Assembly (NCBI GenBank): GCA_964016885.1
Contig: OZ024740.1
Span: 152,768,001-152,832,000, forward strand
Direction of reading: 5' to 3'
From: Eledone cirrhosa
Lineage: Eukaryota
DNA: 64,000 bases
The translations under genes were made by a program, and so were the position numbers. Positions 12,911 to 27,925 of this stretch are shown in pieces. The notes below the pieces were generated by a model. That model saw only the letters and a list, made by a program, of their open reading frames with translations. It was not told the DNA's origin and did no database searches. The stretch's first letter is position 1. Each line of letters begins with the position of its first letter.

Positions 12911-12912
<2 letters not shown>

Positions 12913-13023
12913 ATTATTATAAATGTAAGCTATCAGGCTAAATAATTTCTTTAATTTCTTTAGTCAAAATACGGCGATAGCTTACATTTATAATAATTTC
13001 AAACTCGCTCGCTGATTCGAAAA
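12911..13023 (+). repeat. Mini fold-back (22 bp arms) plus 26 nt tail, in (TA)n
   Basis: attattataaatgtaagctatc / gatagcttacatttataataat. Confidence 0.7.
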
Positions 13024-13051
13024 TATATATATATATATATATATTATATAA

Positions 13052-13151
<100 letters not shown>

Positions 13152-13152
13152 T

Positions 13153-13847
<695 letters not shown>

Positions 13848-13901
13848 ATCTCTGTGTGTGTATCACTACAAAGAAAACGCGGTGATATCTCCTTCCTACA
13901 G

Positions 13902-14015
13902 ACCAAAACGACAGTTAGCTGATATGCGAGCGGCTGAATATCGGGCACTGATAGGGTTAACCAGAAAAGTGACATGTGTTGAAGTAGCATGTGGGTTAGT
14001 TGATATTGAAAAGAG
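13902..14015 (+). CDS. Neuropeptide precursor exon A (PXXXamide/PTH-like): (R)PKR-QLADMRAAEYRALIGLTRKVTCVEVACGLVDIEK(S)
   Basis: Acceptor ctccttcctacag|, donor AG|gtatag, 114 nt, phase 2/2; KR followed by Gln; two Cys; clear paralogue of exon B. Confidence 0.88.
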
Positions 14016-14551
14016 GTATAGTAAACTTTTTTTCAGCCTGCCCGCCCGAAAAAAACACCTTCCATTACTTAGTCAAAACTGAAACTTAACCCCTTTTATG
14101 ACCTTCCTGACTCAAACCCTGAACCAATTGGTCAAATGCATCACTATTGGATAAATGCATTATTATTCTCTTTTTTTATTATTCTGCAATTTATCAATGA
14201 CACATTCTCTCATTTTACACGACACCATACTTTCTGTACTTAACGAATTGGCAGAGTGGTAAGAGTGACGGATTAAATGAATCTGTATTTGTCCCGGCTC
14301 GCTGTGCTCTGAGGTGAAATCGGCCGAAGCTAATTTTGCCTTTTATCCTTCGTGGATGACAGGTCGTTGGATTAGCGAAATTGCTGAAAGAAACCGGAAG
14401 TGGGTGTTTTGCGGTAGCTCATCCAGTTCTGTGAATTCTTAGTCCAAATATCACCTTCTGCCCGAAGTTACGACCGGCAAATAATATCAACAATGGAAAT
14501 ACCAATGCCAACATAGTTTACTTCGTTCTTTCCTTTTTCTTTGTATTTGTC

Positions 14552-14661
<110 letters not shown>

Positions 14662-14802
14662 ATGTGTAATGGTTAGTAACATATAGTTACTGTTGGTTAA
14701 GCAGTTTGAGCACACAATGCAAAATATTTGGATTCGGCTACCGATGTCGGATTCTACGTTTGGTATTTCGCCATAGACGGTATCCTTAAGAAGCAACGTG
14801 AT

Positions 14803-14910
14803 AATAATAATTACTTCAACATTTGGTATACGGCCAGCAATTTAAAGTGGAAAGTCGATTAAATCGACCCCAGTGCATTACTGGTGCTTTATTTTATCGA
14901 CCCTGAAATG
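14803..14910 (-). mobile_element. SINE family A, 3' part
   Basis: gtcgattaaatcgaccccagtgcattactggtgctttattttatcgaccc. Confidence 0.75.
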
Positions 14911-14943
<33 letters not shown>

Positions 14944-15150
14944 CGTGCATACCTATATATATGAACAGTATGTCAGCTGGCCATTGGAGGAGCAACATCA
15001 AAACATACCGAGACATACCACACGTTGAACAAAAGATTACACTGTCTTATTTGGTCGTATCTATTACATAACAGATACCCCTGAAATACATATAACATTT
15101 AATCAATAAAATGATGTAAGATTCAAGCACACAAACTTCTTCATTATCGG

Positions 15151-15550
15151 TGGATTGGCAGTATCGGTAGAGGGTCGGACGCCATGCTTTGCAGCATAGA
15201 GTTACGTCCCTTTACGATCTGAGTTCAAATCCCGCCGAGGTTGACTTTGCCTTTCATCCTTACGGGGTCGATAAAATAAAGCACCAGTAATGCACTGGGG
15301 TCGATTTAATCGACTTTTCCCTCCCCTCAAATTGTTAAAGAAAATTATGTTATGCTATAATATTTTTAAGTGAATATGTTTGCAACAGCTTTGGTTTTGA
15401 AAGAGTTAAAATAGTATATAAATGTTGTTAACATTTAACTACTAACAGTAAGATCTTTTTTTCTCTCTTAACTGTTACTTTTCATCAACTATTGTTTCGG
15501 ATGTTTTAGTGGTAAAAAAAAACGTGTGCCCAAAGTAGAAACAATTATTA
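15151..15550 (+). mobile_element. tRNA-derived SINE family A (Deu/Nin-like central domain) containing a ~190 bp captured host intron/exon piece
   Basis: tggcagtatcggta (box-A-like), gagttcaaatcc (box B), gcctttcatccttacggggtcgataaaataaagcaccag; the SINE tail resumes at 15526. Confidence 0.85.
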
Positions 15551-15555
15551 TATAA
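15510..15555 (+). CDS. Possible alternative terminal exon C': (S)GKKKRVPKVETIII*
   Basis: Duplicate of the exon C acceptor (cggatgttttag|) and first 16 nt, in frame, finished by SINE tail sequence ending in TAA. Confidence 0.45.
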
Positions 15556-16054
15556 ACATATTTAAATGTGAGTGTCCATAAATGTATGCCTCTTTCTTCC
15601 TCATCTCATAATAAATGCATATTTCAGTTTGCTTTGACCATTTGTTATCTTACCTACCACTGTTCAGCTTCATTGAAAGAAAATCCCACACCCTACAACG
15701 CAACGTACCTATCATAGTTACCATTACCCATGTTTATTTTATATATATGGTCTGTTGTGGTCCACCTGGTTCCTTACCACACTTGCTTCGTTATATATAT
15801 ATATATATTATATATATATAGTAGTGTCCTACATTTTACCCTGTTGTTCATATAATCTAATCATATTTGTTATATATTTAATGAAGAGATAAATGTTATG
15901 TTTACTTGTGTGGTTTCATTATTATGTTGTTGTTTTCATACATATTGTTACTTTCACTTTCAATTTACTATATTGTTTTGTTTCTCAATGTGTCGAATTG
16001 TTCTGTTACTTAAACGTTGATGTCCCACTTGTGTGTTGTTTTACCTGTTTACAG

Positions 16055-16174
16055 ATCAAAGCGCCAGACAGGCGACATAAAAACAGCCGAATACCAAGCC
16101 TGGTTGGCACTTGGTGGCATTGTACCACCGGGTTGTGTCGAGGTTGCCTGTGGGGTAGTCGATGTACACGCCAG
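16055..16174 (+). CDS. Neuropeptide precursor exon B (PXXXamide/PTH-like): (R)SKR-QTGDIKTAEYQAWLALGGIVPPGCVEVACGVVDVHA(S)
   Basis: Acceptor ttttacctgtttacag|, donor AG|gtacag, 120 nt, phase 2/2; shares KRQxxDxxxAEYxA and CVEVACGxVD with exon A. Confidence 0.88.
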
Positions 16175-16286
16175 GTACAGTAAAATAAAAGCATAAAGCA
16201 AAATTCTTGATGACTTAGATATGAAAATTTCCATTGTTTGGAAAATAAATCAAACATTGCTCTCTCTATCTCTTCTCTCTTTGCTG

Positions 16287-16318
<32 letters not shown>

Positions 16319-16321
<3 letters not shown>

Positions 16322-16692
16322 TAATAAAAGGAATTCCAACTTTGTCTGATTTACTCGTTTTATTTACAATCCTTTAAAATTATAATGATATAATGAAATA
16401 GTATGGTAGAATATTAAATGTTAAGTGTTAATTGGACAAGTACTTTCATGCTTTCGCAATCTTCAGGTTCATATTCTGTGGTGATAGTCAAGTTTGCAAT
16501 TTTCAACTGAGTTGAAAATTGCGAAAACATGAAAGTACTTGTTCAATTAACACTTAACATTTAATATTCTACCATACTATTTCATTATATCATTATAATT
16601 TTAAAGGATTGTAAATAAAACGAGTAAATCAGTCAAAGTTGTAATTCCTTTTATTAATATAATCTTCTATACACAATCATACACACCCGTGT
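16319..16692 (+). mobile_element. Fold-back PLE pLTR remnant (arms ~16319-16460 and 16517-16659) plus tail
   Basis: Inverted arms; on - strand 16434-16470 reads GAAC-CTGAAGA-TTGC GAAA GCAT-GAAA-GTAC-TT-GTCC (GTTC in the other arm). Confidence 0.8.
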
Positions 16693-16715
16693 ATATTTAT
16701 CTATCTATCTATCTA

Positions 16716-16761
<46 letters not shown>

Positions 16762-16855
16762 TGTGTGCATGCGTGCGTACATGTGTGTGAATATCTCTTT
16801 ATATATATATATAGGTGTGTGTATATATATATGTTCATAAATATCTACATGTATG

Positions 16856-16959
<104 letters not shown>

Positions 16960-17924
16960 CATGTATGCATGTATGTTTGCGTGTGTATTAGTATTTAGTA
17001 GGAAACAGCTTTTCTTTCAAACATATATTGAAAACACGACTGTTTTATTATATGTTTAAAGATTTTTTTCATATTTCTTTCCTAATTCTTTAAGCTTAGC
17101 TTAGAACAATGGTCTTCCTAAATCCATGTATGTATTAACATTACAAAGTCTTTACAGCTCCAGCTTCAGAATTATACTGGCCATGCTAGTAGTGTATTCA
17201 CGCGCTTAACATCATCATCGGTCACACAATTAACCATGCACTTACCACATGGAAACATCACAACACATATCCAGGGCCTATGAGTGTAGGGTCCAGCAGG
17301 TACTTTGTTCGGGAGCCCAAGAGCTGAGAAGGCCCTACAACAACTATGCAACATCTAATTTGAGAAACATCTTTACCTGCTTCGATCCTCAAAGGGGTCT
17401 TGTACCGCCTTGCAAAATTTCTCTTGGATGCTCTGCACATATCCATCAGTACTCGCAAAAGAAAACTATACAAGATTAGATAAACCAATAACTCTATAAT
17501 TCTATATAGAATCCAACAAGACAAATATCAGAAAATAAACCAAAATTTAGCACAAAGATACAACATATGTGAGAAGCAATAATTATAATAACATTGCTTC
17601 AACCTTTGAGAAATATCTTATCAAACGTCCGTGATTTCCTACCCCTTCCATAATACTTTACAACCACTGCTAAGAACGTGATCAGTTCATCACTAGTATA
17701 AACATTTTGATGGAGCTGTGAAGGGTTTCAAACGTCAATACACATACACGGATTCAGTAACACTACTGTTCCAAACGAAGCATCGAGAACTAAATAGGAA
17801 ATATGAAAAATCCTTAATGCAAATTATCAAAGGGGAGCATAGCCGTGTTCTAAATATAACACACGCACGCATGCACACACGTGCTCATATACACACTCGC
17901 ATACAAACACGCATTCACACACCG

Positions 17925-17977
<53 letters not shown>

Positions 17978-17981
17978 CATA

Positions 17982-18015
<34 letters not shown>

Positions 18016-18019
<4 letters not shown>

Positions 18020-18632
18020 TAAATATCTTTAAGTCGTTTGGAAGCCTCGACAATGCAAATGGGTAAATCTCCGGGTAACAAGATCCGGTGGTGGAGAGAG
18101 AGATGTAAGTGGGTGTACGTTGAGATGCGTGGCGTGTATAAGACGTGTAGAGGAATGAAGGAAAGAGTATAAAGGATAAAATTAAAATAACAACACGAGA
18201 GTTACCTTGGGAGGGATTTAATTGTCCCTATATATTTCGGATTCACATCCATCAACTGGGTTTCTGATATTCAAAACAACAAACAGCGGAGGACGCGTTT
18301 CGCACCTTTCCGACAGACAACCTTTCCCCCACCCCGGAAAAAAACCCCAGTTGATGGATGTGAATCCGAAATATATAGGGACAATTAAATCTCTCCCAAG
18401 GTAACTCTCGTGTTGTTATTTTAATTTTATCCTTTATACTCTTTCCTTCATTCCTCTACACATCTAATACACGCCACGCATCTCAACGTACACCCACTTA
18501 CATCTCTCTCTCCACCACCGGATCCTGTTACCCGGAGATTTACCCATTTGCATTGTCGAGGCTTCCAAACGACTTAAAGATATTTACCTATTATTCCACA
18601 ATGCTTCAGGCAAACTTCAATACTCTCTTATG
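18016..18632 (+). mobile_element. Fold-back element (arms 18016-18263 and 18342-18590) plus 42 nt tail, in (TA)n
   Basis: ~248 bp near-perfect inverted arms; hammerhead-like motif with a variant core at 18345-18380. Confidence 0.85.
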
Positions 18633-18688
18633 TATATATATATATATATATATACACATATATAGATATTTGTGTGTGTGTGTGTGTG

Positions 18689-18744
<56 letters not shown>

Positions 18745-19263
18745 CATATACACACACAAATACATGCATACATATATACATACATACATATATATATTCA
18801 TACATACATACATATATGATGACAGTAACTCGATTTAGAGTAATGCTATCGCTTGATACTTAAGCATAAGCATCACCAACGTGGCTTTTTAGTCTTGCTA
18901 GGGACTTGCCTGTGGCCAGCAATACCATGCATCGCAAAAGATGTCATATCAAGCGATACTTATGCTTGAAGCTTTTCCAAGTGAGGAAAGGCTTTGCATG
19001 GGTCCAGTCCCACTCTGAACGTCGAATACATTTGGCCAAAAAGAAGAACTGGTCTACATACATGCATACATACAAGTATATATATAACATATATATTATG
19101 TGTGTGTGTGGGGGGGGATTCAGCGTGTGGCTGTAGCTATCTCTTCTTGTGCTTACACTGGTATATGAACAAAACCGGCGTGGTTCCTTATGCTGTGCCC
19201 TTTACTTCCCCCAAGAGCTTTACGACAACTAGATATCCATAGAATAAGTACCAAACTTCAATA

Positions 19264-19346
<83 letters not shown>

Positions 19347-19988
19347 TAGATACTATTGTTGAGTTTCTCCTCCAGTTATTATTATCAAATTATTATTATA
19401 ATTATTGTTGATGTTGTTACTGTTGTTAATGTTGTTAACTATTGTATTAATGTGTATCGTTCTCGATCAGTCACATTCTTCAATTTCTTTTTCTATTACA
19501 TATATATGCCATTTTTTTTCATCTTACATTTTTGTACATGTCGCTGTTGTTGGTGTTGCTGTTATTGTTGTTGCTGTTTCTGTTGCTGTTGAAGTCTTTT
19601 GATATTTTTTTTTTTTTTAGCTTTTATTCGTTGTCGGAATTGTTTTGTTTCTTATTGCCTCAGTGAATCTCTATGTAATTGTATTGTGTTTACCAAGTCA
19701 CGTTTCTTCATATGACAAATAATATGAATGTCAGCTAGTATGTGTGTACATATATCTTGTCGAAGTTGTGCTCTGTATAAGGAAGTGTACAGAAAATGCT
19801 GTTAACGAACTTTTCAACTGAAAATATATGATTTTGTTAATAAATCAATTTAATGTACGTGTTTCAAATGAACAATAGATAGTTATAGAGTTGCAAAGGA
19901 AATAGATAGTCACACTAATATAGACTTACACACTCCAACATACACACCAACACACGTGCACGCACGCACGCACATACACACACGCGCG

Positions 19989-20062
<74 letters not shown>

Positions 20063-20063
20063 T

Positions 20064-20127
<64 letters not shown>

Positions 20128-20130
<3 letters not shown>

Positions 20131-20328
20131 GGTGTGGAATGCTTAAAGCGTCCGTAAGCTTACAGAGCAGAGTATGATATCACATAAGAAACGGAGAATC
20201 AGTGGTGCGACGAATAAAATGTATTAGACATATTACAATCATTTCTCTGTCGACCAGCTCGAGGCACGATCGATGTAATGAGTGAAGGCCGCGGGTGTAA
20301 CTGGACATTTGGAATCGAGACGTATCTG

Positions 20329-20330
<2 letters not shown>
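20128..20330 (-). mobile_element. Single-arm copy of the family at 22576-22835, in (TA)n
   Basis: attggtgtg..gcttaaa.cgtccgtaagc...cacataagaa.cggagaatcagtggtgcgacgaataaaat is shared. Confidence 0.75.
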
Positions 20331-20391
<61 letters not shown>

Positions 20392-20401
<10 letters not shown>

Positions 20402-21093
20402 TAAAAAAATAATGAATAAAACAATGAAACAGTTCCTTATATTAAACAAAAAAAGTTCATTATTTAACGATCGTTTCTGGGATATATATGTGTTAGAATT
20501 GGCATGTATATTTAACAGATCTATGTACAAAATTATACAAAATTATACAAACTATCAAAATTAAATATACATACCAACTCATATATATGCCCTCTTCAGA
20601 AATAATTTCTGAAGACGGCATATATATGAGTTGGTATGTATATTTAATTTTGATAGTTTATATAATTTTGTATAATTTTGTATAATTTTGTATAATTTTG
20701 TATAAATTAAATATACATACCAACTCATATATATGCCGTCTTCAGAAATAATTTCTGAAGACGGCATATATATGAGTTGGTATGTATATTTAATTTTGAT
20801 AGTTTGTATAATTTTGTATAATTTTGTACATAGATCTGTTAAATATACATGCCAATTCTAACACATATATATCCCAGAAACGATCGTTAAATAATGAACT
20901 TTTTTTGTTTAATATAAGGAACTGTTTCATTGTTTTATTCATTATTTTTTTAATATTTTATCTTGACTCTGTATTCCGTTTATCGTTCACCGAAAGTGAT
21001 TTTTCATTGCATCTCTTCTTTCCATGATATCCGGATTACATTGAGTTCTTCATACGGATTGGACACTACCGTAAACTCTTGGTAGATTTATCT

Positions 21094-21095
<2 letters not shown>
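20392..21095 (+). mobile_element. Multiply folded-back PLE remnant, same family as 10413-12851
   Basis: Outer arms 20392-20603 and 20750-20961; inner inversions centred on tcttcagaaataatttctgaaga; tail 20962-21095; hammerhead-like motif 20751-20892. Confidence 0.85.
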
Positions 21096-21144
<49 letters not shown>

Positions 21145-21753
21145 GAGATGATGAGGAATTTTTCACTCTATGTTGGTAAATTCGTATTTGTGTGGAATGA
21201 ATATGTAAATAATAGTGAAAGAACAACGTAAATAGTTAATGGAGTTATGTAATAAAGTTTTCCAATTGTCAAACCTTTAGGAATGGTTCCAAGTTCCAAT
21301 AATTCACGTCAAATTTAGTATAAATTATTGTATTGGGGGATGGGGGTGACAGGCAAGAAGTGTGGAGAAATTTGAAAAGAGATTTATTTGATTAAATAAT
21401 CAAACACGTGTTTCATTACCCATTTCATAATCATCTACGAGATGAATACTTGAAGCCCATTGGTTACTATCCCCTTCATTTTCTCCTCTTTCTCTTTCTA
21501 CACAAATATGCCTAAAAAATATTTTTTAAATATATATTGTTTTCTATCATATGTTGTTATATATGTTACTATTGGAATTTGCCTTAAATTATATTTTGTA
21601 CTGATTTCTTTCTTGTTTTTATTGCCCATATCATGTCTGTTTATCTCTAATATTTAATTCCTTGTAATGCAGCGAAATTGTAATTTTTACATCAATACAG
21701 GATTTTCAAGTTGCACTTTGACAAATGAATATAAGCAGCTCAATGTTGCAATA

Positions 21754-21795
<42 letters not shown>

Positions 21796-21843
21796 TATCA
21801 AAATGAAGCAACGGAGTCAGAGGCTGTCTCTCGTGTGTTTTCT

Positions 21844-21912
<69 letters not shown>

Positions 21913-21915
<3 letters not shown>

Positions 21916-22088
21916 TGAAATTCTGTTATAACGAAATAAACGGGGTACAAAAAGAAATTCGTTGTAACGAAACATTCTTTATAACGAAATCGACGTAACA
22001 CATGGAGCTTGTGGCCGGGGATTAAAAAACATTTCGTTATACTGAAAAATTCGTTATAATGGTATTCGTTATAACGGAATTTTACCTG
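21913..22088. mobile_element. Tigger/pogo-type MITE
   Basis: TIRs CAGTGAAATTCTGTTATAACGAA / TTCGTTATAACGGAATTTTACCTG; internal ttataacgaa repeats; TA on the left flank. Confidence 0.75.
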
Positions 22089-22390
22089 TGTGTATATATA
22101 TATATATTTACGAATATTAGCTGTTATATTGACTCATCTTCGTGTATTTTCTTACCTTTAGGTGAATGGGATGAGGAATTACAAAGCAAATTAAACAAAA
22201 TATTGTGGTAAAAAGATGAAGACAATTGTTATTAAATCTATGTTATTCTTTATATGGATTGATTTTATTGATGACTATTGCTTTATCATTGTTAATATCA
22301 CATTTCTCATTCATGCTACTTTCTGATATGTGTGTGTGTGTGTGTGTTTATGTGTGTGCGTGCGTGTGCGTATCTGTGTGTGTGTCTGTG

Positions 22391-22478
<88 letters not shown>

Positions 22479-22575
22479 CAATATCGGAGAAAGCTTTTTA
22501 GCGATACTCCGGCCAATACTCTGTATGACTCCGGTCATACTCTGTATGACTATATATATATATATATATATATAA

Positions 22576-22975
<400 letters not shown>

Positions 22976-24730
22976 ATACAGATCTTTCATCCATCCATTC
23001 TTAAATTAAATTTCCCATTCTACTTCAGCGTTAAACGGACATCCTCCGACCAGAGGATAGCCGAATTAAAAGCCCTTCTTGCCATGAGCAGAGTGGTTGG
23101 TCATGGTCAGATAGACGTAGATGCAATGTAGGTATTCGAACTTTTCTGTGTCTTCAGCGCTCCACATGTAGTAGTCTTCCTGTTCGTCACGAAGCCGTAC
23201 AGTGTCCGTCCGTTGTCACACTGCGTCGTCATCACACAATGTATTTTATTGCGTCACGGTACAATTTGTTGAATACGTCAGGATGTCTTGTTTTCTATTC
23301 TACGTCAAACTTTGTAGTTGATGATCTTCACGTCACGCCAAGACTGTTTCTGTACGTCATGTTCAAACCGTTTCTTCTACATACGTTACAACATAGTGTT
23401 GCACATTCTGTATCAGGTTATGTCATTTATTATTTTACTGTTCTGTTCTGTTTTCACTATGTTTATTCCTCCTCAAACACCGCAGTTACGTCTCGTTCAG
23501 TCGTTCTTTCTACGTCAAACTGTGCCGTTTAATTTTATTCCATCGCAGATCAAATCGTTTTTTTTTCTTTTGTTATTTTTTATGTCATGCCGTTCATTAT
23601 GTTTCTTCAACAATACCTAATGGAGCGATCCTTCGTAAGTGGTAGACGAAATGTAAGCAAACGTATCGATATATTCCGTTGTTCTCTACTCCTTCATCGA
23701 AAAGTATCTATCAATAATTTCCTGTCATATTTTCTTTAATCATAATTTTAGTTTTAAACATTTTCTTTTACTAATAAATAAAATCCCTGCAGATACTTGA
23801 AAACTAATTTTTTTCATGTCCACGCATGTTGTATTTCCGTTTCTTTAAGCATGTGAGATTTCCTTTCCTTTTACTAATAAAGAACTCAGAAAATTATTGT
23901 ATCAGATGCTTCTTGACTGCACTACGAATAATGACGGTATGTATCGATTCCTTTAACATTTCGTCTACTGTTTACAAAGACTCTACCATAAACTGTGGCA
24001 CAGTCTACTTCACTCTATAATGACCAGTTATTGTTTTTAACGCAACGATATCGGGTCCTTTATTCTATGTCACGTCAGATCATTCCTTCCATGTTCAATT
24101 GTTCATGTTCAATTATTCATTGACTCTACGTTGCCTTATATTGTTGGTATTTTATGTTGTTCGGTTGCACAATTTGACATATATTAATATTACTATGTTA
24201 TATAGTCATTTTTATCTCATGTCACATCAATTTCTTTCTTTCTTCACCACTAAATACTAATCCCTACTTCGCGTCCTGAAAAAAAAACAAAAAACAAAGG
24301 TTACAGCTCACACCTACTGATGCTAGGTGACCCTCCGAGGTTTCATCTCATAAGAGGTTTCCCAGGTGTTTTAATGATAAGAAACATAATCATATCAAAA
24401 ACACAACACAATGGGGTTAGAGAATGATATTATGATTGTGAGTCCAACACTCTAACCACGAGGCCACGAGCCTTCATGCTTCTATATTTGCAGTTTTATG
24501 GAACGGCCAGCACGTGGAAGTCCATTTGCCCACAATACAGAGAGGTGGGGAAGGCGAGAGAGATGGAGGCGATGACAATGGGAGTTCAGCTCTTCCGTGT
24601 TCGAACACATTGCACCTGTCATGTGGATCATTTAATTACTTAATAGTTCGTGTCGACTCTTACTGTATTAGGGGGAGTTCTACAACATTAAGCCAATATG
24701 TCTATTCTAAAATGTCATCCAGCTATAGTG

Positions 24731-24820
<90 letters not shown>

Positions 24821-25129
24821 ACTCACATCCATATACATGTTACTACGTCACGCGCATGTCTATTCATTGCGTCACGTCTCAGTAAACTTACTACATGTCG
24901 AACGTATTCGTGCTTACATCATAACTATTCACTATGCAGCATTCTATGACGTCAACTGTTTTCTTATATCATCAGACTTGCGAAATAGTCACATTTTTCT
25001 TTCGTTTTTTTTCTTTTTATCTCCCACGGATATTTTATTTTTTCTTTTGTGTTCATCTTGTCACGTCTGACTATATCTTCAATATTCCATGTTATGTTGT
25101 TTTACCTTTGATATTACATCACTTAGGCG

Positions 25130-25290
25130 GCGAACTGGCAGAGTCGTTAAGACGTCGGATAGAACCCTTTACGGTATTCGTCCCACCTCATTGCGTGCTC
25201 TGAGTTCAAATCCCGTCGGGGTCAACTTTGCCTTTCATACTTTCGAGGTCGATAAAAAAAGTACTAGTTTGGTGCTGGAGTCGATTCTTC
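25130..25290 (+). mobile_element. SINE family A
   Basis: tggcagagtcgtta..gagttcaaatccc..gcctttcatactttcgaggtcgataaa. Confidence 0.75.
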
Positions 25291-26099
25291 CTCTATAGTA
25301 AAAACCGGCAGTGTTCAGACCTGGAGAGTGTTGGGCTCCGCCAGGTTTAAAAGTGTCCTAGACACACCGTTTGACGGTGCCTCTACGACTCCACAAGGAG
25401 TTATGGTATCTTTATCCTTTTATCCTATTGTATCACTTCACAATTAGTTTTATTTGTTCTACACTGTATAACACTGTTTCTTCACATGTCAAGTCACTAT
25501 TTTTACTACGTCACACGTCCAACTGTTCCTTTTATGTCTAATCTAATTATTTACGTTTCACATTTTTGAAATTGATATTTTATTACAAAATCTCATTAAT
25601 TCTACGTTATGTAATGCTGTTTCTTGACACACCGTGCTTAGTTGTATTTTTCTATTTTTTTACTGCGTCACGACGATATTACGTCACGTTTTTCTGTTTA
25701 AAAAACGTCACATCTTAGCCTGTTCACTGCGTCAATGCACGATTATTCATTCGATCACGTGATTTTGTTCTTTGTTTGACTGCTTTCTTGTAGATCACTT
25801 AGTCATTTTTCACTGCGTCACAACTTTATTACGCAGGTTGCACTGTTCATTTAATGTCATATCTTAGCTGATCACTACGTCACGGCCCAATTCTTCACTC
25901 TATTACGTGCATCTGTTGTTTTTATTTTTATTCTTGTTTTTTGCATCATCTTTTATCTGTTCACGTCATCTTGACATGGTCGGTCATATATTATATATCA
26001 CACCATGATGCAGTCTATGTAAAGTCATATGTTTATTTCTCTCTAAGAACTGTCGATCATACCATCATCCTGTTCCGTTATGTTCCACTCTGGTATTAA

Positions 26100-26185
<86 letters not shown>

Positions 26186-26216
26186 TCAATTGCATGAACT
26201 CATAATCCTTTATTTA

Positions 26217-26264
26217 CTGCTATAGATATTTCGATGATAGCCATTGAATGGCCTCATCAGGCAG
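26217..26264 (-). ncRNA. Type I hammerhead motif in a short (TA)n-flanked insertion (26183-26330), related to the 8790 family
   Basis: CTGC-CTGATGA-G GCCATTCAATGGC TATCATC-GAAA-TATCTA-TA-GCAG. Confidence 0.7.
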
Positions 26265-26333
26265 TTAGTCAGTTCTTAGATATGCCAGCTCTGTGTTTAT
26301 GGTGTTGATGGTATCAGAGCCTTTGGACATATA

Positions 26334-26977
<644 letters not shown>

Positions 26978-27417
26978 TTAAGACGACTTCAGAGGTCTCC
27001 TACGTATTGAAGTTCTAAAGACCGCTTCCTCAGGCAAGATGTCCATGCCCATCTCTCGAATTGACGGGAAAAACGACAGTGCAGGTACCGAGTAAGCAGG
27101 AGGTCGTGATGGCAAACTTCAGATTATGACCAAGTCAGAAAAATATATCTGTTATAACGTAAAATACCATGAGATGAATAAATCCTCGATATGTTTCAAA
27201 TTATTATGGGGAAATATTTAATTTCAATTATGCTTTTAGTACCATTGTGAAATATATACAAGTAACTTCTCTTTCTGGCTCCTCTATATACAGAGGCCTC
27301 AGTTCATCACGAAAGAGAACAACTGATCTTACCAAACATGATATTGTATTTATAATATTCTGTATGTTTGAATGCAAGTATTTCTATATGTTTATATTCA
27401 TGTGTTAGCAATTTATA

Positions 27418-27460
<43 letters not shown>

Positions 27461-27513
27461 TTGGAGGCGGTAAAAACCAATTAGACCATTACTCACCAGA
27501 GTACTCGATACTT

Positions 27514-27554
<41 letters not shown>

Positions 27555-27697
27555 AGTAAAATGACAGGTGGCCGGACTGGTGAAATTCCTTCAAAGATTT
27601 ATTTCACCGATCATTAGGCATATTTAATTTTGTATATCCTTATAGCCTCTTGGATTGTGTTTACCATTATTCCTTTATTATATAACTATTATGCAAT

Positions 27698-27759
27698 AAA
27701 CACCTGATGATGTCACCAGGATCTTACGGAGCTTGGCCACTGAAATGTACATAGTGTTT
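27698..27759 (+). ncRNA. Type I hammerhead ribozyme motif within a short-armed fold-back (27551-27784)
   Basis: AAACAC-CTGATGA-[stem II]-GAAA-TGTACA-TA-GTGTTT; 6-bp perfect stem I and palindromic stem III. Confidence 0.8.
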
Positions 27760-27781
27760 GCTGAAATAAATCTTTGAAGGA

Positions 27782-27925
<144 letters not shown>

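Noticed and set aside
15151-15240. tRNA-like box A/B sequences
   Set aside because: SINE heads; no complete cloverleaf
15893-16183. 96-aa Cys/Trp-rich ORF over exon B
   Set aside because: Wrong frame; the frame paralogous to exon A is different
17150-17520. GC-richer unique segment with short ORFs as a further exon
   Set aside because: No frame resembling the peptide exons, stops in plausible frames, no recognisable motif
18900-18930. GCCTGTGG (ACG motif) as a third peptide exon
   Set aside because: In-frame stops immediately upstream; no KRQ..AEY
22162-22211. Acceptor-like cttacctttag followed by (G)EWDEELQSKLNKILW*
   Set aside because: That reading needs phase 1, incompatible with the phase-2 donors of exons A and B; no other support
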